Origin: a virus
Direction: 5' to 3' (one strand)
IMG/VR virus record: IMGVR_UViG_3300022690_000587
Span: 1-5,428 of that record
DNA: 5,428 bases
Shown here: positions 1 to 4,777 of the stretch, one piece after another
Numbering within the stretch: the stretch's first letter is position 1
Layout: each line of letters begins with the position of its first letter
The notes under the pieces: model-generated
Database searches by the model: none
Seen by the model: only the letters and a program-made list of their open reading frames with translations
What the model was told of the DNA's origin: nothing
Position numbers and translations under genes: made by a program

Positions 1-144
1 TTATGCCCGATTTTGCTCCATGCATCCGTTGCTGATGTACGTATTGGAATCGGTGTAGAGAATCCTTTATTCCAGTACTTTCTAAACCCGTTAATAACTC
101 GTAACGTGGGAGGGATTTTTCCGTAGTTGGGATCGCGGCAACAA
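1..144. repeat. Terminal direct repeat, copy 1 (identical to 5285..5428), an assembly overlap marking a circular 5284-nt genome
   Basis: Base-by-base reading shows 1..144 (ttatgcccgattttgctcc...gatcgcggcaacaa) recurs exactly at 5285..5428. The repeat lies inside one continuous minus-strand reading frame (gene A), so it is redundancy and not a biological terminal repeat. Confidence 0.95.
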
Positions 145-788
145 GATTCGGGGAGAGATTTAAGTATATGTATGACATGGAAATGATTCCTATTTGTTAA
201 TGATCCTTCCTCTACAACAGCGAAATATTTGTGATTTTCTTTACCACTTATTTTATTGAATTTATATATATAATCTCTAAATACAGTAGAACTTTTTTCC
301 CATACTTTATTATAATGTTCAGGAGCCACTGTTAATGTATTCATCATAATATAATGATTTTTATATAATGCCTCTTTTAATGCCATTTTAAGCCGCCAAT
401 TTAGCTCTGCACAACGAGCTTTTGTTCCTTTTGACTCTAACTGTTCAAGAAATACTTTTTCCAACTCAGTAACTTTTGGAGGCATTACTATCCATTCTAA
501 TTTTGTAGAATTTTCCCAATGTTTTCTTATATCAAGTAGTTGATTTAATTCTTTTTTAATGAGTTGTATTTTTATATTAGTATTTATCAAGTAGTTATTA
601 GCTAGATATTTTTGCATACGCTCTAAGCGATTAATTTCTTTTACTGCGTCTACAGGATAATAAGACTTTTCATTATAATGTAATTGTAATTGTAATTTGA
701 ATTTTTTTATACGATTTAGTATTGTTCTAGACCTCTTAACATTTGAGTCTAGACGAGTAACTATATTTAGATTTAGATTTTCTATCAT
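1..788 (-). CDS. A: Rolling-circle replication initiation protein (phiX174 gpA-like), 5' part. It runs off the left edge and continues at 5284 through the circular junction, giving 1344 nt / 447 aa if the start is at 788.
   Basis: My own reverse-complement translation is open from the ATG at 788..786 down to base 1: MIENLNLNIVTRLDSNVKRSRTILNRIKKFKLQLQLHYNEKSYYPVDAVKEINRLERMQKYLANNYLINT...YIMMNTLTVAPEHY...YFAVVEEGSLTNRNHFHVIHILKSLP...INGFRKYWNKGFSTPIPIRTSATDAWSKIGHK. RCR motif 1 is NTLTV (phiX FDTLTL). The HUH motif HFHVIH lies at 168..185 (phiX HFHAVH). The ORF track misses this ORF because it has no stop within the window. The start is uncertain: ATG 788 overlaps the H stop as ATGA, and the next in-frame ATG is at 617. 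KSYYP upstream of Met-617 resembles the phiX gpA N-terminus (RSYYP), which favours 788. Confidence 0.85.
   Translation of the reverse strand, partial: MIENLNLNIVTRLDSNVKRSRTILNRIKKFKLQLQLHYNEKSYYPVDAVKEINRLERMQKYLANNYLINTNIKIQLIKKELNQLLDIRKHWENSTKLEWIVMPPKVTELEKVFLEQLESKGTKARCAELNWRLKMALKEALYKNHYIMMNTLTVAPEHYNKVWEKSSTVFRDYIYKFNKISGKENHKYFAVVEEGSLTNRNHFHVIHILKSLPESCCRDPNYGKIPPTLRVINGFRKYWNKGFSTPIPIRTSATDAWSKIGH
513..542 (-). other. Candidate viral-strand origin of replication (gpA nick site) inside gene A
   Basis: The minus strand reads CAACTACTTGATATAAGAAAACATTGGGAA, against the phiX174 origin CAACTTGATATTAATAACACTATAGACCAC (nick after CAACTTG). ACTTGATAT is identical, the reading frame is the same as in phiX (CTT GAT AT-) and the relative position in the A protein is comparable. 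The predicted nick is between 533 and 532. Confidence 0.55.
585..596 (-). repeat. Second copy of the 12-nt nick-site-like motif AACTACTTGATA (the other copy is at 530..541)
   Basis: Exact 12-nt direct repeat, 55 nt apart, both inside gene A. This copy is in a different codon phase (AAC TAC TTG ATA). Confidence 0.6.
726..753 (-). other. Imperfect hairpin just downstream of the H stop, function unknown
   Basis: The minus strand reads TCTAGACTC-AAATGTTAA-GAGGTCTAGA. This gives a 7-bp stem plus 2 more pairs across a 1-nt bulge, with a 9-nt loop. No T-tract follows, so it is not a classical intrinsic terminator. Confidence 0.3.
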
Positions 789-1900
789 CTGAATGTTTGA
801 CCAGCTTTTGGCCCATATCTTGGCCAATTTTGTATTTTACCTTTTGGATGTGGAGAAGATGTAACTCCTTTTCTTCCAAATCCTTTTTTACCTTTTGCAA
901 GACCTCTTAGACCTAATAAGGTCATAATTGTACCTAGTATTCCTAATAATGGAGCACCTATTTTTCCAGCCGCAAGAGCCTCAGCATACTCAGATAATAC
1001 ACTCTGAATTTTTGCCTTAGCTTTAGTTTCAGGTAAACGAGCGATTTCATTATTTAACCTTGCCTTTATTAATTCACCTTCTTTTACTAAATTATTTTTT
1101 TGTTGAAATGCTACATCACCTTGAGCTTGTTTTAACCTAGCTTCATAAGATGTTAGATTACGTTGTAATGAATTTGTTATATTTAATTTTTCAGTTTCTG
1201 CACCTGTTCGTGCAGTACCTTGTTCAAGAGCTCTTATTTCAGGATGTAATTTTTGATATTTTATATTTACTTCTTCTATTTTTGGAGCAGTAGTTATACC
1301 TGCTGCCCTTTCTTGTGATCTAGCACCTGTAGCAGCAGTTTCACGAGCAGTTTTTTGTTGTATTGAAGCAGCACCACGTCCACCTTGGCCACCTGCACCA
1401 GCAGAAGATCCTAGTACTTCCCAAGGGTTAATTCTTCCTCCAAATCGTGCTTGTGTATATGCTCTATCTTGAATACCTCGTTCCATTGGACTTATTTGTT
1501 TCGGAGCGAACATTGAAGTTATTTTTGAATCTATAAATTTAGAACCTAATTTTTCTATAAAATCACCAGCGAATTGTTTACCTAATTGACCAACTTGAGA
1601 ACCAAGACGATCAGCCATTGTAGGAATAGCAGTAGGTGCCTGAACTGTAGATTTATCTACACCACCAGCAAGATCATCTTTTCGTTCCTGTTCTTCCTGC
1701 TGAGCTCTTATTATATCGGCGGCATCATTACCTTTATCGCCGCCACCTCCAAAGAGACCACCAAGTAATCCCTTACCTGCACTACCTACAAAGCTAGAAC
1801 CAACACCTAACAATGAAGATCCTAACATAGCAGATGTAATACCTAAAAAACTAAATCTCGGCTGTGAAGCCAAGAACACTTTTTTATATATAGAAAGCAT
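785..1900 (-). CDS. H: DNA pilot / minor spike protein (phiX174 gpH-like), 371 aa
   Basis: It is the last gene in the F-G-H order. It has a Gly-rich hydrophobic N-terminus (GLLGGLFGGGGDKG versus phiX SKLFGGGQK). INPWEVLGSSAGAGG resembles phiX LNAWERAGADASSAG. A long Q/K/E/A-rich region looks like a coiled coil. No SD is evident before ATG 1900. The internal ATG at 1828 (MLGSSLLGVG...) aligns better with the phiX H N-terminus and is an alternative start. Confidence 0.8.
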   Translation of the reverse strand: MLSIYKKVFLASQPRFSFLGITSAMLGSSLLGVGSSFVGSAGKGLLGGLFGGGGDKGNDAADIIRAQQEEQERKDDLAGGVDKSTVQAPTAIPTMADRLGSQVGQLGKQFAGDFIEKLGSKFIDSKITSMFAPKQISPMERGIQDRAYTQARFGGRINPWEVLGSSAGAGGQGGRGAASIQQKTARETAATGARSQERAAGITTAPKIEEVNIKYQKLHPEIRALEQGTARTGAETEKLNITNSLQRNLTSYEARLKQAQGDVAFQQKNNLVKEGELIKARLNNEIARLPETKAKAKIQSVLSEYAEALAAGKIGAPLLGILGTIMTLLGLRGLAKGKKGFGRKGVTSSPHPKGKIQNWPRYGPKAGQTFR

Positions 1901-1948
1901 ATATTATTGAACTTATACCAATTATTATTAATGATATATTTAATACTT

Positions 1949-2569
1949 TCATCGTGCTGGATCAAATGTTATTAGATCCTCACCATACTTATGAAATGCA
2001 ATATTAGCTCTTAATTGTGCCATTATCGCATCAGAACCGTCAATATTTCTAAAGAACCAGAATGCAGCAATATCAAAGAATGTTGAAGGTGCTGAACCAC
2101 CATCTAATTGTGTAGATATAAAACTTGTATTACAAACATAATGATTTATTCCGCCACCATTCATGGCTACTTGTAACGGTAAAACAATAGGATTAGGAAC
2201 ATCAATATTTGCAGTAGCACTAGGAGCAGCCGCAAGACGACCTACAACCATATCAACAAGTAAATCTTTATCAGAATGGAACGTTACGGAAGCGGCTACA
2301 GAATACATATATTGATGCATTTCTTCTTCACCACCAGATAATTGAACACCAAAACCAGTTTGGCGTTGACTACTAAGAAATATTGAAGTATTACTAAAAC
2401 ATACATGTTCGCCTGCAAAATCAACACCAGATACTGTGTTAAGACTATACATGCCATATGAAGTAGTACTAACTAGATCAACAAGATCAAAGTCAGTCTT
2501 AGCATCAACTATTAATGGTTTATTATAATTTCCTAATTGCCAAGGGCCAATTCTATTTGGACGATACAT
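1949..2569 (-). CDS. Putative major spike protein (gpG position), 206 aa, assigned by synteny only
   Basis: The ORF lies between F and H, as G does in phiX174. It has a strong RBS (TAAAGGAAAATTATG) nearly identical to that of F. I see no convincing similarity to phiX174 gpG (175 aa) by eye. Confidence 0.55.
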   Translation of the reverse strand: MYRPNRIGPWQLGNYNKPLIVDAKTDFDLVDLVSTTSYGMYSLNTVSGVDFAGEHVCFSNTSIFLSSQRQTGFGVQLSGGEEEMHQYMYSVAASVTFHSDKDLLVDMVVGRLAAAPSATANIDVPNPIVLPLQVAMNGGGINHYVCNTSFISTQLDGGSAPSTFFDIAAFWFFRNIDGSDAIMAQLRANIAFHKYGEDLITFDPAR

Positions 2570-2574
2570 AATTT

Positions 2575-2579
2575 TCCTT
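2575..2579 (-). promoter_or_regulatory. Shine-Dalgarno site for the G-position gene, overlapping the F stop codon
   Basis: The minus strand reads CTTAAAGGAAAATT-ATG, and the TAA of F is part of the motif. Confidence 0.6.
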
Positions 2580-3898
2580 TAAGATTTGCGTTTAGTACCA
2601 GCAAAGATACTTGCTTTTGAATTTGGATAATGACGAATAGCTTCAACTTGAATTGACGCTTGCGCTTGCCAATGAGCTAAAGAAGTAGTTTGGAATATAG
2701 AATCATAATCAGCACCTGAATGATATATTGCTTTTGTATGAGTATTTAATACACCAGGCGATAAAAATGGAAATCCTTGTAAAGATTCATAATCGAAATG
2801 CACAGCATTTGGTTGATGTCTCCATTCTTCACCGAATGGTATTTCACCAAGAGTTGTAGCACCTGCAGGTGATGTATGCCAATCATTTAGATTTGTAGAC
2901 GCTGGAGCAATAGCTGAATCCACATCATAATCAGCAGCAAAGTTTGCAAAGGTTTTAACACCTTTAGCTTGACGAATTTGTTCTCTAGATCCAATAGTTG
3001 GAAACCTTACAAGAACCATTAACCATACAGCACCATGCTCGGGAAAGAACTTACGTCTAAACCCGAATTGCTGATTACCAAGGGACTTACCGGAGAACGT
3101 CCCTAAAGAGGCGTCTCCTGTCCCGTTTACGTCATATCCACTAAGGGGCACGGACTGACGCATAACTAGCTGAGGACGCTCATCAGCGTCTATATTTACA
3201 CTAGAACCATATGATGTACGCATTACATCGTTATAACGATTTGCAAAGCGATCTCGTTCTATTTCAGAACGGTAAGACATTTTTGTTTGTTCATAATCAA
3301 TAATATCAAGAACAGTAACAGCAGCTACCTGACGATCAGCAGCAACTAGATCAGATACAATACCTGTATTCCACGGTTTTTTAAGTCTACAACATGAATA
3401 CCCATAGAATTTTTGATTCATACCACCATCTATACGTGAGTTAGCAGCACTATGACCTGTAGGAAAACCTACATTTACATAAGCATCCTGAATTTCAGGA
3501 GTTAATTTTAAGAATCTAAAATACCGATTCCAAATACGGATATATCCAGTAGACAACCATGAAGATTGAGCAGCTGAAGCAGCTTCTAATACTTGACCTA
3601 AATATGATGTCCCTATAGGAGCAGTAGTCCCTAAAGATACAGCAGAATCAGGACCTGCTAATAACATTGTTTCCCAGTCATCCCCAAATATATGACGATG
3701 AGGAACATAGAAAGCGAAATAATCTACCTGAGCATCAACAGTTAGGGATCTCCTCAACGGAGATAAACGCATAAGGTTTGTCATTTGAACTGTTATAGAG
3801 TCCCCTCCGATAACAGGTATAACCGACAAAGTCTGCAACTGTCCAATTCGTCCGTCCATGAACGAATAATGGCCTAAATTGAACTTTTCGCGCTGCAT
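2579..3898 (-). CDS. F: Major capsid protein (phiX174 gpF-like), 439 aa
   Basis: Motifs shared with phiX174 F as recalled are PVIGGDS (PVIAGDS), RLSPLRR, FYVPHRH, RPQLVMR (RPLLVMR), SGYDVNGTGDASLGTFSG (SGYDVDGTDQTSLGQFSG), FFPEHG (FVPEHG), LVRFP and GFPF. The length is similar (439 versus 426 aa). The SD AAGGA lies 7 nt upstream of the ATG. Confidence 0.95.
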   Translation of the reverse strand: MQREKFNLGHYSFMDGRIGQLQTLSVIPVIGGDSITVQMTNLMRLSPLRRSLTVDAQVDYFAFYVPHRHIFGDDWETMLLAGPDSAVSLGTTAPIGTSYLGQVLEAASAAQSSWLSTGYIRIWNRYFRFLKLTPEIQDAYVNVGFPTGHSAANSRIDGGMNQKFYGYSCCRLKKPWNTGIVSDLVAADRQVAAVTVLDIIDYEQTKMSYRSEIERDRFANRYNDVMRTSYGSSVNIDADERPQLVMRQSVPLSGYDVNGTGDASLGTFSGKSLGNQQFGFRRKFFPEHGAVWLMVLVRFPTIGSREQIRQAKGVKTFANFAADYDVDSAIAPASTNLNDWHTSPAGATTLGEIPFGEEWRHQPNAVHFDYESLQGFPFLSPGVLNTHTKAIYHSGADYDSIFQTTSLAHWQAQASIQVEAIRHYPNSKASIFAGTKRKS

Positions 3899-3904
3899 AA
3901 TTTT

Positions 3905-3909
3905 TCCTT
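3905..3909 (-). promoter_or_regulatory. Shine-Dalgarno site for F
   Basis: The minus strand reads AAAAGGAAAAATT-ATG. It is nearly the same as the G initiation region. Confidence 0.6.
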
Positions 3910-3919
3910 TTAATATTCA

Positions 3920-4051
3920 TTAGAATACGGTTCCACCGATATAATACTTTCCACCTGTTTTACGTCTACGTGGATTAGGCTTAGCCATTGTAGAACGCCT
4001 ACCTCTTACTTTACTTTTTCGCCCGTACGATTGACGTCGATTCCTTGGCAT
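3920..4051 (-). CDS. J: Small basic DNA-binding/packaging protein (phiX174 gpJ-like). The certain core is 3920..3988 (22 aa); the preferred 43-aa form starts at 4051.
   Basis: It is not in the ORF track because it is under 60 aa. My translation is MPRNRRQSYGRKSKVRGRRSTMAKPNPRRRKTGGKYYIGGTVF*. The C-terminal KYYIGGTVF matches the conserved J C-terminus (phiX RLWYVGGQQF, G4 ...WYVGGTQY). It has 15 Arg/Lys in 43 aa and sits between D and F. GGGAG lies 9 nt upstream of ATG 4051. Alternative starts are ATG 3988 (AGAGGT 12 nt upstream) and ATG 4087 (55 aa). Confidence 0.8.
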   Translation of the reverse strand: MPRNRRQSYGRKSKVRGRRSTMAKPNPRRRKTGGKYYIGGTVF

Positions 4052-4547
4052 TTTCAATATCTCCCATAACAGAGTTAATCGATCCATTTACACGTTGCTC
4101 AAATTGAGCACGTATAGCTGGTAAATCTATATCATTTGATAACTGTAAACATAAAGAAAATAATTGTTGTGAAGTTATAACTCCACCTAATTGTGCACTA
4201 GCATTTGATGGATTACCTAAGCTTTCTGATGTAAATCCACCTTCCATCCATCGACAAGCTACTAATATATTTGATGGGTGGACGAACATAATAATAGCTG
4301 CAGCAACATATTCAGCAGGAGTTTCTATCCGGGGTAAACCTAACGCATCAGTAGTACCATGCATTAATACCTCAAGCACCCGGGTAACTTGACCACGTTC
4401 GACATTTTGCCATGAAAAATCTTGTTGAACTAATTTTAAATCTTCAGGAAGCAGGTTTAATGAAGCTAATGATCCGTAAGCTGCACCCCTTGATAAAGTG
4501 AACATAGCACCTTTTATTACAGATAACTGAGCATTTATATAATTCAT
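4011..4547 (-). CDS. D: External scaffolding protein (phiX174 gpD-like), 178 aa
   Basis: HGTTDALGLPRIETPAEYVAAAIIMFVHPSNILVACRWMEGGFTSE aligns with phiX D YGTLDFVGYPRFPAPVEFIAAVIAYYVHPVNIQTACLIMEGAEFTE. AGGAG lies 8 nt upstream of the ATG. The ATG overlaps the upstream gene's TGA as ATGA, the same junction as phiX C/D. Confidence 0.9.
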   Translation of the reverse strand: MNYINAQLSVIKGAMFTLSRGAAYGSLASLNLLPEDLKLVQQDFSWQNVERGQVTRVLEVLMHGTTDALGLPRIETPAEYVAAAIIMFVHPSNILVACRWMEGGFTSESLGNPSNASAQLGGVITSQQLFSLCLQLSNDIDLPAIRAQFEQRVNGSINSVMGDIENAKESTSIVRAKK

Positions 4548-4777
4548 TTATTAAGCTCCTTTTTTACATCTACTAATTGAGATAATGCATTATTTATTAC
4601 ATTTTCCAGATAATTTTTATTATATTCTGTTATAAGCATTTTTGAATGATTTGATAATTTTATAATTACATTTAACTCTGTTATTACTGACTGAATTTGA
4701 GTTATTGAATTTGATGATAATAATTTAATCAATACGGTGTGCCCTTTAATTGCGTATTGGAAGGTATAATCTGACAC
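4544..4777 (-). CDS. Small protein in the gpC position (candidate ssDNA-synthesis/packaging switch protein), assigned by synteny only
   Basis: The ORF bridges the end of A and the start of D, as phiX C does, and its stop overlaps the D start (ATGA). The track's start at 4777 is a GTG. An alternative TTG at 4732..4730 overlaps the A stop (TTGA), has AAAGGG 9 nt upstream and would give 62 aa. I see no visible similarity to phiX C. The segment is about 19% GC. Confidence 0.5.
   Translation of the reverse strand: MSDYTFQYAIKGHTVLIKLLSSNSITQIQSVITELNVIIKLSNHSKMLITEYNKNYLENVINNALSQLVDVKKELNK
4556..4560 (-). promoter_or_regulatory. Shine-Dalgarno site for D
   Basis: The minus strand reads AAAAAGGAGCTTAATAA-ATG. 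Confidence 0.6.

Noticed and set aside
1586-1768. Plus-strand 60-aa ORF antisense to H, with a hydrophobic stretch (IIFSFLFFLLSSYYIGGIITFIAA) that could pass for a small membrane or lysis protein
   Set aside because: It starts with TTG, has no SD and lies on the strand opposite every other gene, whereas microviruses transcribe a single strand. The hydrophobic run is the expected antisense artefact of the Gly/Ala/Lys-rich H coding sequence.
3175-3190. Short GC hairpin GACGCT-CATC-AGCGTC inside F
   Set aside because: It has only a 6-bp stem, no following T-tract, and lies in a highly conserved coding segment (ADERPQ). It is probably incidental.
4019-4027. GCG AAA AAG TAA at the end of D resembles a slippery A-rich frameshift site that might fuse D to the J frame
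   Set aside because: It does not fit the X XXY YYZ heptamer because the first base is G. J is in the +1 frame and not the -1 frame, and good independent initiation signals for J exist. Nothing supports frameshifting.
4619-4646. Promoter-like TTCAAA-N16-TATAAT inside the C-position gene, about 70 nt upstream of D (a PD analogue)
   Set aside because: In roughly 19% GC sequence such hexamers arise by chance very often. It is worth testing by 5'-RACE but cannot be supported as a feature from sequence alone.
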